Assembly: GCF_009834535.1 (NCBI RefSeq)
Contig: NC_045705.1
Coordinates: forward strand, 25,916,001 to 25,980,000
DNA: 64,000 nt
Origin: Camelus ferus
Taxonomy: Eukaryota
Direction: 5' to 3'
The stretch's first letter is position 1. Every line of letters starts with the position of its first letter. Under the pieces are notes generated by a model that ran no database searches, had not been told where the DNA came from, and worked only from the letters and a program-made list of their open reading frames with translations. A program made the position numbers and the translations under genes. Shown in pieces: positions 1-13,261 of this stretch.

Positions 1-476
1 TATTCCTGCTCTGAGAATCAAATGGACTTTTCATCTCTTCTCTTTATTTACTAGTTGTCAGTCAAATTCTCTTCTTATTATTAAAATTAACAAACAGGAA
101 AAGGCCACAAAACATTACCACCTTCACAGGAACAGACATTCTATTCATTTATACTGATTATATACGGGAGCACTGAAATTTAGAAAATATAGCAAGATAT
201 ATAATTCACATGGTTTTAAAATAAATATCTATTGATCCATTGCACCTGTATCACCCTATACAGTTAAAATATTACTACTAAAGTTTTACTTGTTCTTTAG
301 TAGAATTCTGAATTGTATTTGGCTGATCTCAGGAAATAGAGTAATCTTCCTAATCTCTAAGTCAAAATCAGTATACTTCATTGGTAAAAGTCAGGATTGA
401 TGGTCCAGTTTATATCATTTTTAGCCTCATTCCTAATCTTTGTGTAAAAAGACTTTTCTTATTCCTACCCAAGGCC

Positions 477-884
477 TGTGTAATGGAATGATGTCTATTC
501 CCCGCTCCCAATTCGTATATTGAATCCCTAATCTCCAATGTGGTTTTATGTGGAGATGGGGCCTCTAAAGAAATAGTTAGGGTTAAATGAGGTCATAAAG
601 GCCGGGACCTGATTCAACAGTATTAGCATTCCTAGAAGAAGAGGCACCAGAGAGCTAGCTAGTGCTCTCTTTCTCTCTCTCTTTCCCTCACTTGCACCAA
701 AGAAGAGGTCATGTGAGCACACGGCAAGGTGGCGGCCACCACAAGCCGAGAGGAGAGGCCTCGGAATGAAACCTGCCTTACCAGCACCTTGATCTGGAAT
801 GCTAGCCTCCAACAATGTGAGAAATAAATTTCTACTGTTCAGGCAACCAAGTCTCTGCTATTTTGTTATGGCGGCCCAAGCAGG
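477..884 (+). mobile_element. ERVL-MaLR solo LTR (MLT1A/MST-like)
   Basis: Typical MaLR body (ggttaaatgaggtcata...gaagaggtcatgtgagcacac...gagaaataaatttctactgtt...tattttgttatggc) with AATAAA on the + strand. Confidence 0.9.
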
Positions 885-1664
885 AAGCCGACCAATGCCG
901 CCCGGGAGGCAACAGAAACGCAAGATGATAAAGTTCTGAGAAAGCACGTTTTCTCTTAGAGTAAGCCACCCAAGATGACCAGAGCTGCATAGTAACACTG
1001 GCTGAACCATATTAAAGGGGCGCTGGGGAGAATTAACTCAGTTCTCCGGCAACCCCACGTCAGGCTCTCCCCTCTTACTGGTTCACGCCTGTTTCTGCTG
1101 CGTCTCCCTTGTCTGACGTTACGCACATGCTGTGGTCCGGGGGGTACCTGTGATGTCTCCTGCACTTGTTCAGACTTGGGTTGTGAATTACTACCCCTTC
1201 CTTGTACGTCACTGTGTAAGAGTGTTACGTGCTTGGACTGCAATGCTTGATGTTATTACTCTGTTATCAGTTACTACTATTTGGGGGTGGTGGGGGAGGG
1301 ACACTGCAAATCAAATGCAGAACTCAGGTGCCAGATGCTGAACTCTGAACACTAAACTCTGTCACAATTAGCCTATACGTCTCTCAAGTTTCTGGCATCC
1401 TTTTATGGATCTCCTCATGTCCCAGAAACTGCTCTTAATATTCTGCAGAATGTCTTTACAGACAGCAATACAGGCCTAACTATCTTCAGCTCTTGTCCCA
1501 CTGATTGGTACAGAACAACAACAAAAATGAAATTGGCTGTGCTGCCCTACAAACTAGCCTAAGGGTGGAACAGTCAATGGTTCTCAGAGACACTGGAGTC
1601 ACTTGCGAACTTGTTTTACCTCCACCCCCCCCCCCAACTTCCCTGCCAACCCACCACCACCCTA

Positions 1665-1760
1665 CAGAGCTCCTCAGACCTACTGAATCTGCAACTCAAT
1701 AGCTGGGGCCCAACAATCAGGTTTAACATGCCCTTCAGGTGATTCTAATTGTGCTAGAGC
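1665..1760. mobile_element. hAT-Charlie MITE fragment (MER5A/B-like)
   Basis: cagacctactgaatc...tttaacatgcccttcaggtgattct resembles the MER5 core. Confidence 0.7.
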
Positions 1761-2719
1761 TACTTGCCTAGGGGCAAACTGACCCTGAATGATCAAGATT
1801 ACTACCTATATTCACCCCCATGAAGGCAGCCAATTGGCCTTCCTGGTCCACCTTATTCTTCTGCTCTTCTTCCTTAGGTGCCCTGACTTTCTTTTAGCCC
1901 TTGAACTTCAAAAAGCCTATAGCCCAGATAATTGACTGGGAACTCCTCGCATCCCAGGGACCCTAAGACTCCCTTCCCTGGAATCATTCTTCTATTTCAA
2001 ATACTACTTACCTCCTGATTGGCTGACATTCCCTAATGACACTCTGTTTTCACCTTATCTTACACATCATTATTCTCAACAATTTCCAAAAAACCCAAGC
2101 TAATTAATAAATAACTAAAGTTTGGATTCTCTCTCTGGGATGAACTGCAATTTTTCTAAGCAATTAAAGGCACACAGCTTTTTCTACTCTCTCTACCTCT
2201 GACAAATGTAAGCAGTAAACCTAGGGAAACTTTTTTTTAACATTAGCAAGGCTCCAAACAACTGTTCAAAACAAGTTTATGCAGATTCTTGAACCATTCA
2301 CTCCATATGAGCTGTTTGCCAAGCACAGCTTTCAACATTTCAGAAGTATTTATCTCACTGAAACGGTGGCGTTCACAGAGTAGGCATATTAAACAGTTAT
2401 TTTTGCAAGTTTAATATGGCAAAATATTGGCAATTTCATATGGCTAAGTACCATTTTTATCTTCTTTTGATACCTGGGACAACTGAGTGTTTAGAGAGTA
2501 TGAGAACTTTAGTAGGACAGAATAAACTGAACAAAGTATAGAAACATACATTTATAAGACAAATACAGTCTTGGTGCTCACAACTGTTTTTTTTTCTTCT
2601 TCTGTTTTTTTTTTTTTTTTTTTTTTTGGCCAATAAATGAATGGCCTTGGTCAGCAGAGAGAGATTAAAATGGCCCTTGAAAAAATCTACATGGGGCATA
2701 GAGAAATCTGTGTCTTTGC

Positions 2720-3130
2720 AAATATAGTGGTTGATTCTGCAACATTGATTTGTTTAAATCTTGATTGCTTGCTCTAAACCAAACATAGTAATCTCATTTC
2801 CATTTCAATGATTGGTAAAGGAAGAGAAATGCAACCTAATTTGACTAATGAGGCAAAGTGGGACTATCTGCTAGGGATCGTTCCACATCCTGTGAAGAAA
2901 GTAACAAAAGTAAATGGTCCCTCCCCTTTCCCTTGGACATTGATAGATCTGGAGGTGCCACAGCCATCTTGCCACTGATCTGAATATAAAAGGCAACCAA
3001 AGGAAAAACAGGTTGACAGAAATAGTTTTGGATCTTGATATGATTGGATCATTCAATCACCCAAACCTGAAGCCAGACCTACATCTAGAATTCCAGTTTT
3101 TAATCATGGTTTTCTGTTACCTACTGCTGC
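2720..3130 (+). mobile_element. Ancient ERVL/MaLR solo LTR (LTR33/MLT1L-like), degraded
   Basis: ggaggtgccacagccatcttg...cctgaagccagacctacatctagaattcc...ttttctgttac motifs. Confidence 0.55.
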
Positions 3131-3334
3131 AAATAGACTATTGCAAAAGAAAGATTCATTTTATCTATTAGAATTTCTTAAGAAATGTCCCATTTCTAAA
3201 AGGTAGTTAATTACCACAACTAGGTATAAACTATCATATAACCTAAAGATCCTGATGAACTGAAATTATGTATTTAGGATCCATTCTTACTGATTTGGTC
3301 TTTGGAGAAAGTTGGGTCTCAGTTCCAAGCCACT

Positions 3335-3510
3335 CCTTTCAAGTACTGGTTTTGTGGCCCTGGGCACATCATTTAAGACCCCCTTCTAAGCCACCCATTA
3401 TTTATCTGCAAACCAGGATAATTATGTGACCCCACAAATGTTTAAAATAAAAGTTAGATGAGACAATATGAAACAATATTAATATGTTCAGCATCATGGC
3501 TGACATACAA
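3335..3510 (+). mobile_element. MIR SINE
   Basis: tgtggccctgggcacatcattt...ttatctgcaaaccaggataat...agatgagacaat core. Confidence 0.7.
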
Positions 3511-4769
3511 GAGAAATGAAAGAAATGTGATTTCCTTCAGGTTCCTATTGCTTTGTTTTGTGTGTCATGGTATACTTTAATACTTTAAGGTATAGATAGA
3601 ATTTAACAGGGGAGAAAACTCAGAAGGGTAGGGAAAACCATTTGGCTTAAGAAGAATAAAGATAATTGATCATAAAATCAAAGGATAGGTATGGTCTTTC
3701 AATCCAGAATAGCAAGGTGATAGGATAATTAACAGGAATAAAACTATTCCACATTTTCAAACATCATCTTTCACCTAGGATCTTCAGTTACAAATATTGA
3801 AGAAAGAATGGAAATTTTCTGGTACCAACTGAGAATTCAGTTCATAATGAATTAGAAAACATTTAAGAAAAATATGTCTAATGTATTTCTACTTTGGATA
3901 GTTTAAGGGGTAAATATAGGTGTCTTAAATGTGATAGATTTTGAATAAGAGCTGGCATGAGCTAATGTATCATGGGATATTAACACACTGTGGACCCTTA
4001 TGTTAATCAAAGGAGATGGAGAAGTGAACAATTCACCCAAAGGCCCATTTTATAACATTTCTTTCTGCCTAAGTCATAAATCAATATCCATTCTGTTCTA
4101 TTTCCTGCTGGAAGTAGTATCTTGAACCCACATAGTTAGTTTAGTCTTAAAACCATCTCTATGATGGAGTTGATACAGCAGTTGGTTGTTAACATTTACT
4201 CCTAGTTAAAGGAAAAGGTGAGTGGGCATACAGAGGTACATTTCTTTGCCTCACCCACTCAACTAGACACACACATACACACCACTGTAAGCAGGGGTGG
4301 CACTTTTTGATGATCTGTTAGTGACTAGGGTGAAAGGCTTAACTGAGAAGGATTCTAAGGCCTTGTCTGAATTCGGAGAGAGTGAGTGCCGAGACGGATT
4401 AATGATATCCGACATGGGAAGCCCTATCTAAGGGGATAACAGCTGCATGTGTCAAGTTTTTTGCTTTAGACAGATTGAGCAATTACCATGTTCTTTGACT
4501 TGACTGTAGCAAAAAAGGCAAAAACAAATCTTAGTCCATGCAAAAACATTTCCCCAAAGATCTACTCTCATTCAGGTGTATTCAGAAAGCTCTAAAGGTC
4601 AAAAGAAAGGAAAGTCAAATGCAAGAATTGTTTGGATCACCTACTGACCCGTTTTTCAATTATAAGCATCCCTGAGATCATTTAGGAATTAGGCTATGAA
4701 TATCATTCAAAACTCAGGTACAATTAGTGTGTTAAACAAATGTGGTCCTCTTAGCAATGATCAGAGGAC

Positions 4770-4930
4770 TGAACAGGGTGAGTGGTGATATGGAAAAAAG
4801 GAAAGCTAAGTTTAGAGCACAGAACTGAGTCTTGGCGTGACTGAAAATTTAAGGGCGTCACAGCCAGATATAGAATATAGGTGATAGCTAGGTAGGAAGA
4901 AGAAAAGTGGTGGGAGAGTGCGGCAAACAC
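4770..4930 (-). mobile_element. L2 LINE fragment
   Basis: Purine-rich agaactgagtcttgg...aaatttaagggc segment resembling antisense L2. Confidence 0.45.
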
Positions 4931-5039
4931 ATTCCAGTGATCTGAATATTCTGCCCAAGGTAGGTTAATTCAGTGCATTCCTACACCACCAACTCGATAT
5001 TAAGAGAACACTGAAGAAGAGAAGATCAAGAACATCACA

Positions 5040-5586
5040 GATGATAGCAACCTAAATTTCCATCAACAGATGATTGGATAAAGATGTGGTATATATACAC
5101 AACAGGATACTATTCAGCCATAAAAAAGAATGAAATAATGCCATTTATAGCAATATGGATGGTCTTAGATATTATCATACTAAGTGAATTAAGCCAGACA
5201 GAGAAAGACAAATATCATATATCATTTATATGTGGAATCTTAAAAAAAAAAAAGGGATATAAATGAACTTATTTACAAAATAGAGACAGGCTTACTGACA
5301 AAGAAAACAAACTTATGGTTACCGAGGGGAAAAGAGGGTGGGGAGGGATAAATTGGGAGTTTGGGATTAGCAGAAACAAACTACTATATACAGAATAAAC
5401 AACAAGGTCCTACTGTATAGCACAGGGAGCTATATTCAACAACTTGTAATAACCTACAATGAAAAAGAATATGAAAAACTATATATCTATATGTATATAT
5501 ATCTGAATCACTATGTTGTTTACCAGAAATAAACACAACATTGTAAATCAACTATACTTCAATAAAAAAAAGACAAAAAAAAAAAA
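5040..5586 (+). mobile_element. 5'-truncated cetartiodactyl/camelid L1 (end of ORF2, 3' UTR, poly-A)
   Basis: The ORF 5084-5266 is the L1 ORF2 C-terminus (MWYIYTTGYYSAIKKNEIMPF). It is followed by the typical 3' UTR, AATAAA and poly-A. TSD aagaacatcaca (5028-5039) / aagaatatcaca (5585-5596). Confidence 0.97.
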
Positions 5587-8500
5587 GAATATCACAATTC
5601 AAGTAAAACTAGTTAAGGTGATTTTATGCAGCAACAAGATGTTCCTTTCTATCTGTTGATAACTGGTCCCTCCTCATCATTGCTGTTTTTTCTTGTTTTT
5701 CAGGAGTGATCTCCTTACTCAGTGTCTCAAAATACCATCTCTTACCCCTAAACTACTCTACTTCTGAAACTATATTCTCTTGGAAGCAACTGGCTTACAG
5801 GAAAGAAAAATGTTTCCAGGTGGTAGGAAACCTGGCAGTATTAACCACTCAACAGTATTTGATTAAAGGACAGCCAATTGTTGTAACTCTTCTTTTTTTT
5901 TTCCTCTGGAGCCAAGAAGCACTAACATCACTCTATTAATGCTTAAGCTCAGTTTCCTGACAAAGAAGGAATAGATTCTAACAGGAGTGAGGGTTTTCTC
6001 ACTCCAGAGGAATCTTACAACACTTTGCCAAACATTGCCAGCCTTTACAGTAGCATTGCTGTTGCAGTGATTGAAAAAAACAGGGCCACATGTGTGGCCA
6101 GAGCTGCACCCCCATGTTCTCAAATGGGGACCCACCACTGATCTGCCTAATAACTGAGCTCATCTGGATAAGTGGGCTTGGTCCAGGTCTTCAGTGAGCC
6201 TTAACCCATGTTATTTGTAATAATGGGGAATTTTTCATTCTCTGTTTTCCATTTCCATCAGCTGTAGACATTTTTCGCTAAAAATACTTGTAATACTCTC
6301 CATATAATGCTTCTATTTTCCAGTATAGCTTTGTTGCTACACTTGACGAACTTGCAAAAGTTTAAGTATCTGAAATATTTTTGTGGGAGCAAACACAGAG
6401 CTGCTTAATGAAACAGTCTACCTAGAAATTCAGCTTATACATTTTCTGTGTTTTTAAGTTGACTGGTCAGTCACATGACTTTTTTGGCCTTGATAAAAAC
6501 AACTGCAGATCACGTTTACATTGGAAGGCAAGAGCTAAATGAGCTGAATATAAAAAAGGCATATCCTAAGACAAATGTTTAGAAAATGATTTTCCCCTAT
6601 TGATATAGTAACTAAAGTTAATGTTGTAATTGCGATTTGGGACTTAATTTCCTTTGAATAGCTGACACTTCCATTTCTATGCTCAAAATGATTGTCAGAA
6701 TGAAACTCATAATCCAAACTGTCTGGAAATAAAGACCATTTTCTGTGTCCTCCAACTGTATCATGAAAGGAAGGATTTCTTTTCTTCCTTGGGCTCAGAT
6801 TTCAAAGAAGAGATTAGTGCAAAATGAATTATAAAGTACCTAAACTGTTCCAAAATCACATCTCCATTCTGGCAAATTCAGTAAGTGCATTTTACCTCTC
6901 TGCTGAGATGTTTTTACTATAATGAAAAACCCAATGAAATGTTTCCTTATTAGGTCTATTATTCATCCCTATTCCTTCTCTACCTTTAAAGCAGTAACCA
7001 AAAGGGCATAGTGAAGATACTATTTTTGTTTTGCATTATAACATCAGGTTAATCAACTCACCGTCTACATGCAGTGGATTGCAGTGGCTTGGCCCACTTA
7101 CCATGTTTGCAAAGTGTTGCTTGGGACCTTTCTAGGAAGTGTGTTTTAGGATTATTTCACAGCATTCAGCTAACCAGTGAGCTCCATGAGACATTAATTA
7201 ACTCAATCTATAATTTTTATTTATTTTTACATGGAATGTTGCCAGAGAAAAAGGTGTTAGCCTGCATGTTTTTCAAAAGGTATTTTATAATTAGCTGCCC
7301 ATTTATACATCTGAGGATGTGACTTGGGTGTGGCCACCATGCCTATAAACGCCTTCCTGCTTTGGCTGGAGAACTTCTCAGAATAAATTCTTTAAGAAAA
7401 AAAATTAACTTAGAGAATTTAAATTGATGACAGATACTATAGCTATGACTCCCATTTCACAACGTCAACACTCAGACTCAGGGTAGTTTCATTCATCATT
7501 TTTATTTTCTGGTGTTATGTGACTATGATATATTTTACAATATAGCATTATTTTATTTTGTATTATTATTTACTTTTGAGGGACAAAAATACAGAAACAG
7601 AGACCATTTTATCTTTATTTTTTTCTTTCTCTATTCTAGTCACATAGAATTTCATATCTCGACTTTATACTGAAACCTGTATTCTAAAATATCTGGGAGC
7701 CATCCATTCCTGTATGTTAAAAACTTTGATTTAAAGGGAACTTCATAAAGTCTGTAGGGTGTGAATTCTTAAAATTCTGTGAAAATGCAAGAAGTCTAGA
7801 AATCAATCTGTTTCTGAAACAGTTTGGATATATAGTTATGGAAAGAAAGTTCTTTTGTAGAAAACATTTTGTTAACTAAATAGATTTGCAGTCCATCTCA
7901 AAGCCTTACCTACTACTTCATACTGAAAATCTAAAATGTTATGCAGGGAGTGGCTATATTGCAATACACATTCTTGGGCCAGAGAGAGAGAGTTGGGCAT
8001 GTTTCCTTTGTTCAGAAAAAACAACATTTTAAATGTATTTTATCCTGTGCGCCTGGAATTGGCATAGATTGTTTAATACATTTATCTACTTTCATACTTA
8101 ATTATCTTTATGGAAGGTTTTCTGCTTACAGCCTTGGTTAAACATGTGTCTCCTAACAGAATTAAAGTGAACAAGATGGAATATTCCTGGCATTGACATT
8201 TCAGCAATGACATATTTTTTTGTTTTTGCTTATAGGAGTAAACAAAATAAAACACAAACGATTTTTCCTAATTGATTCAGATGTTTCGAATGAAACTGCT
8301 TCATCCTGAAATATTCAGGAAAGGATGTGATCAAGACAAACTTTCCTCCCTCTCCTCCGCAGAGGAACCGAGTGCAGAGAGTATCTGTCCCACCCACCAA
8401 AGCTGAGGGGCACATCCTAGGGCTGACATTGTCCCAGAGGGAGCAGAGATTTAGGGAAAGGCAGCCTAGGATGAAGACTGCAGGTGTACGTCACAGGATG

Positions 8501-8944
8501 ACGGAAGAGGAGACAAAGGAGAAAGGATGCTTAAATTATTCAGGTCTAATAAAGTGCCCAAACCAAACCCCTTCACAGATGAGGCTTGAAAACAAGGGCT
8601 GGGGAAAGTGATTTCCCTGCAAACTGGAGCTAAAACTCAGGTTTTCCACTATTCAGGTTATCCATCAAATTGATCTATTTATATAAACGTTACAAGATGC
8701 AAAGCCTTACAGTGCGATGAAAAATTTTATATTCATATTATTTGTTGAAAACAACACATTTTTATCTAGATGCTGGTTACAGTACCACACTGAAGGAAAG
8801 ATGGACTACCTAATATATTAATACCCCTAAAACACAAATTTGGATTTTATTTTAGGAATATACATAGTTAACCATTTCTGGGACCTTGAAGAGGCCAGCT
8901 TATGCACACATATGAGTCTAGGAGAAATGGGAAAAATCTCGAGT

Positions 8945-9135
8945 TACGTTGTCCAGTATGTTAGCTACTAGCCAGATGTGGCTATTTAAATTTAAATACA
9001 ATTAAATCAAAAATTTAGTTCCTCAGTAACATGAGGTACATTTCAACAGTCACATGTGGCTAGTGGACAATATATTAGACAGTGCAAAATAGAACATTTT
9101 CAATATTATAGAAAATTCTATTGGATAGAACTAGT
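8945..9135 (-). mobile_element. MER3 (hAT-Charlie MITE)
   Basis: gtccagtatgttagctactagccagatgtggctatttaaatt...cacatgtggctagtgg...ctattggatag. Confidence 0.9.
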
Positions 9136-9539
9136 CTAAGCATATGGTATTGAAGAAAAGGTCATACGCTAGGGGTATTCTTAAAAAACAGGAGCAATAA
9201 AGAGGTTGATCGTTTTTTAGAAATAGTATAATTTTGCCTTGACCCACTTAAGTAATTCCGCTCCATTTCTCAGGATCAACGATATGAGAGGCTGAGAATG
9301 AACATATATTCTGTGTATAGGGATGTGCTTTAATGCATCAAATCCACAGCCCTCCTAGTGCCAAGTTTTAACCAACAGAAGTCATTGTTCCAGGACAGGT
9401 ATAATGTAACCAAAGAAACTAAATAGACTGGATCAATTTCCATTGAAAAAGTTCAAGCCACAGTGGTGGGAACTCTTAAATCTGAAATTCTTCCTGCAGT
9501 GACATAGATCAAAGCCAAACATTGGAAGCACATTTAGTA

Positions 9540-9720
9540 GGAGATACTTTGTTAATTTAGGGTGTATCAATAAGATGAGGATTTAGAGTGTTGTGCAACA
9601 GGCAAGAGCATATGATTTAGGGTGAAGATAGAGAAAGGAAAGGCTAAATCACCTTAAAGCAGAATAAATTTGGAGATCCTTGGGTATACAGAAGAAAGTA
9701 GAAATGTCAGCAAAATGGGA
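9540..9720 (-). mobile_element. L2 LINE fragment
   Basis: Degraded purine-rich antisense L2-like segment. Confidence 0.4.
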
Positions 9721-11454
9721 GAGCTGGGCCTGCAGGAGAAACATCAGCCCTGAAGGAAATCTCTGCCAAGAAAAAGTCTTGTATTTTTAAGAAGTGGGAT
9801 GTGTAAAGTTTATTATCCATCTTTTTTTTTATTTTGCGGAACTCCAGTGTTCAGTTCAATTCTACCACAAACACCTGCATTGTGATTGAGGTTTAGGGAG
9901 AATCTGGGAAGTGGACCAGGAATAAAAAAGAGAAGAATCCTGAGGGAGGAAGATCCAGGAGCTTAAGGTGAATCTGGAGAAGCAGCAACAAGAGAGACCA
10001 TGACAAAGTATGTCCCCACGAAGGTGCAGCAGACTTGGGAAGGACGAGGTACTTCCCACAGGACATGGGATGGTGGAGTAAATAGTGCCCTTACCTACAC
10101 AAGTCCATGGTTTCAGGTCTCATCTGAGCCACCTAGGAATGCTATTACATAGAAACAGAAGAAGGTCTTCAAATCATCTAATGACACTATTCTATATCAT
10201 ATTACTAAGTTATCCTTACTATAAGAAAAAATGAAAGAGAGGTAGGTCTTTTTCTTTCTTTCTTTCTTTCTTTTTTTTTTTTTTTTTTGTAAGGAAAACA
10301 AAGTAGTTAAAGAAGACAGGCTTTTATTTTTTTTTAATGGATTTCATAAATCCATGAAGTCTGAATTGCATGTGAGCCTGATGTTAACAAGATGCAAAGA
10401 GTCACTTGTTCAGAATATTTTCAGGAAAATAGAAATTGCTTATTAAATAAACAAACTTAAAAACAAATATGAATATCTTTTTGTTTTTGCAATGTTTTAT
10501 TATTTTAAATATTAAACTTTATATCATTGCATGGACTCCCACACAACTTGGTGACAGAAACACAGTCGACAACTCCAGCTATATCATTCTGAAAGCAGTT
10601 TTCAGCTTTTTTTTTTTTTTCTAGGAGAGCTCCCCAGACCAAAGATTGCTGAGGAATGAAAGCTCATAGAAGATGAATAAAGCACTTAAAAGTTGATATC
10701 CTGATCTCATCACCTAGAACCAAAGTTTCATGTCTCTTGTGGGTCAGGGGCTGCTTCTGGAGAAGCATGAGGAAAAAGCCACAGAAATGTTTCAACATTT
10801 CCATTTCGAGGCAGTGTTCTCATCCCAAAATGCTATCCATTGCCAAGGTGCAGTTCTTAAGCAGGAGTTCAGCTTGACGAACAGAGGAAATGTTTAATTC
10901 AGCTGTGTAACAAGTGATTTCTTCCAAGATACTGTTCTGCTCTGGGGTCCTTCAACAGGGAATCCATTATTTTGAATCATCATTTGCTACTTTCCATAGA
11001 TTCGGAGATGCAAGTACTGAAGGTTATCATCACAGGGCAGGGAAGAAGATGGAATTATTATGTAGCTTAAACAGGGCTCAAAAAGATGAGCAGAGCTAAT
11101 CAGATCTTTTGTATCCAATTCCACTGGCCTCAATGAGTCCCCTTTCAGCCTAAGGTTCATTGGCCCAACAACAGAGCCCAGAGTAATTCATTTCCACCCA
11201 TGATGGCTGTCACCAAGAATGTCACGTGATGTTTCCAAACACACAGAAGACGGCTGTCTTGGAAGTGCCCAATTGTCATGAAATTTTCCAGGAAAACATA
11301 GAGGCTAATTTATTATGCCAAACAGAAATTTAAAAGACAAGACATTCTCTCGCTAAGCAGTAAATAAGGCACGCATTTCCTACTTAAATACTTCCCCTTG
11401 GATAAAACTCTTTCCTAGGTGCTGTCTCACAGCCTCAGGGCCATCCGGGTGTAG

Positions 11455-11806
11455 TGATGTGTGACATTGGCTTCAGGTTGCTGTCCAAACTGCACCGTCA
11501 CAGCCCTTTTCACAGACCCATTTTTCTCAGTCGATCAGTCCAGGGGTAAGTATTTGACCCAAGAGTCCTTTACCAGAAATTAACTTAGAATCAACAAAGG
11601 ATCGATTTACCCTGAGGCTGAAACTATAGGTTTAGAGATTGGGGGCAGCAATATTTCTCTTAAGTGAATTAGAGATAAGGAGGAAATTAGTCTGACAAGT
11701 CAGAGGGAAAAATAAAGCAAATGCACAGATATAAGCAGAGATTAAAGACAGAAACGTGTCCTGTGGCTATTCATGAAATCTCTTGTTAAAATCGGTCATA
11801 AAGTTC

Positions 11807-11849
<43 letters not shown>

Positions 11850-11950
11850 AAGATATCATGGTATCACTATGATAGGTTTTCTGTCTTTCCTTAGCTTATT
11901 TGAGTTGTGTTCATATCACTTGTAATCAAAAGACTCTTTTATGAATACAG
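11455..11950 (+). mobile_element. ERVL solo LTR (LTR16/LTR33-like)
   Basis: 3' end ttgagttgtgttcatatcacttgtaatcaaaagactc...aataca is characteristic of these LTRs. Confidence 0.65.
11810..11846. repeat. (TA)18 microsatellite
   Basis: Read directly. Confidence 0.98.
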
Positions 11951-12293
11951 CCTCAGTTTCAAGCACCAGTTGCATGTCACCCTTATCCTACCAAAGATGG
12001 AATCTATACTAATGTCACATAGAAATGAAAAATTATTCAAGTTTAAAAAATAATTATAATAATGAGGGAAAAAAACCGTGATGGCAATGCACATGACAGG
12101 TACTAACTGGTACCATAATAGGGCTCTAGGGCTGCCTCAGAGCACCCATCTGAAAATGTATCATCTTCTCTTCAGGTGACGCATAGGCATGCAAGATCGA
12201 CACCAAATATCTGGCCAGGCGAACAATTTCACGTTCTCGAAAATCATGATATGGATTTCATTCTAAGGAAGCCAAGTGATCTACTACTCGGAC

Positions 12294-12487
12294 CAGAGCT
12301 CAGCAAACTGTATGGTCTATGGGAGAAGTATGAGCTGATACAAGTTTTGGGGAGTAAAATTTTTTGGAAACAGAATTCTTTAGCACTGCCATGGCAAAGC
12401 TGAGTCATTGCAACAATGCTTTATCTGGCCTGCAGTTCCTCAATATTTACTATCTGTCCCTTTACAGGAGCAGCTTGCTGGTCCCTG
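12294..12487 (-). mobile_element. MER58A-like hAT-Charlie MITE
   Basis: TIR-like ends cagagctcagcaaact ... gcttgctggtccctg; internal aatatttactatctgtccctttacag. Confidence 0.8.
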
Positions 12488-13261
12488 ATTTAGACCAACT
12501 TCACGCAGCTAAGGCAAGATTAAAAAACACATGGCTCATTTTTTCCTATTTTGTGCACAAGACAGACATCACTAATGGATCTCAATTCTCTTGGGAAGCA
12601 GGCAAATACATAAACACATAGCTATAAATTCTTGGCTAGTATTCTAAGAAGATACTGATAATTAATTAGCACTGAAAATGAGATATCTTTGTTCTCTCTG
12701 GACAAAGATATTTCATAGCTTCATATTTTCAGACTCAGCTTTTTAACAAGTTTTGCACAATATCTACACTCAGTATATACCCTTTCATGTATAAAAGATA
12801 CACTATTCAGTATTATATAGAAGGACGCGTGATATATAGCTGTTTAAACCATCATCTGGTTGAAACAAATTTTTACCCTAAAAAAGCTACTTAACAAAAC
12901 TAAAAGCCATTCCTAAAATTCCACTAATGGGCTACTTCTGAGGAAAGTACACTTCTTAGTTCTACTCTAAAGAAACAAAATTCAAAGAAGTAAAATACAA
13001 ACAAATGGGGACAAAGCAAAATGCAGAATTAAAGAAATTTCACCTTTGGGTGAAGGTAAATAGTTTTCATATATAAAATATAAAGTGCAAATAAAAGATT
13101 AAATGTCAGTATAACAGGAAGGAAAATTAACAGAGCAATTGTGATATTGTCGTTTATAACAAGAAATATATATTCGGTCTTGGTCCCTTTTTCTGGCATA
13201 GAAGTCTTAAAATTCTTGAAATTTCTCAAGTGGCGAAAGCACAAAAAAAAAAAATGTTATT

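Noticed and set aside
2587-2627. Long T tracts as the tail of a processed pseudogene
   Set aside because: I could identify no retrocopy body or TSD next to them, so I treated them as simple repeat.
4206-4217. 12-nt + strand microexon (ctcctag|TTAAAGGAAAAG|gtgagt)
   Set aside because: Isolated, no supporting regulatory motifs, and opposite to the inferred host strand. Such hits are expected by chance in 64 kb.
5863-6250. Possible ancient RTE/L4 RT remnant (YPDEL ... LSIN)
   Set aside because: The spacing between the motifs is far too long for an RT domain; chance similarity.
7102-7131. 30-nt minus-strand exon-like unit ending ATG|gtaagt
   Set aside because: Weak polypyrimidine tract and no further support.
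10095-10132. 38-nt minus-strand exon-like unit (TAG|gtaagg)
   Set aside because: Not frame-preserving, interrupted pyrimidine tract and no other evidence.
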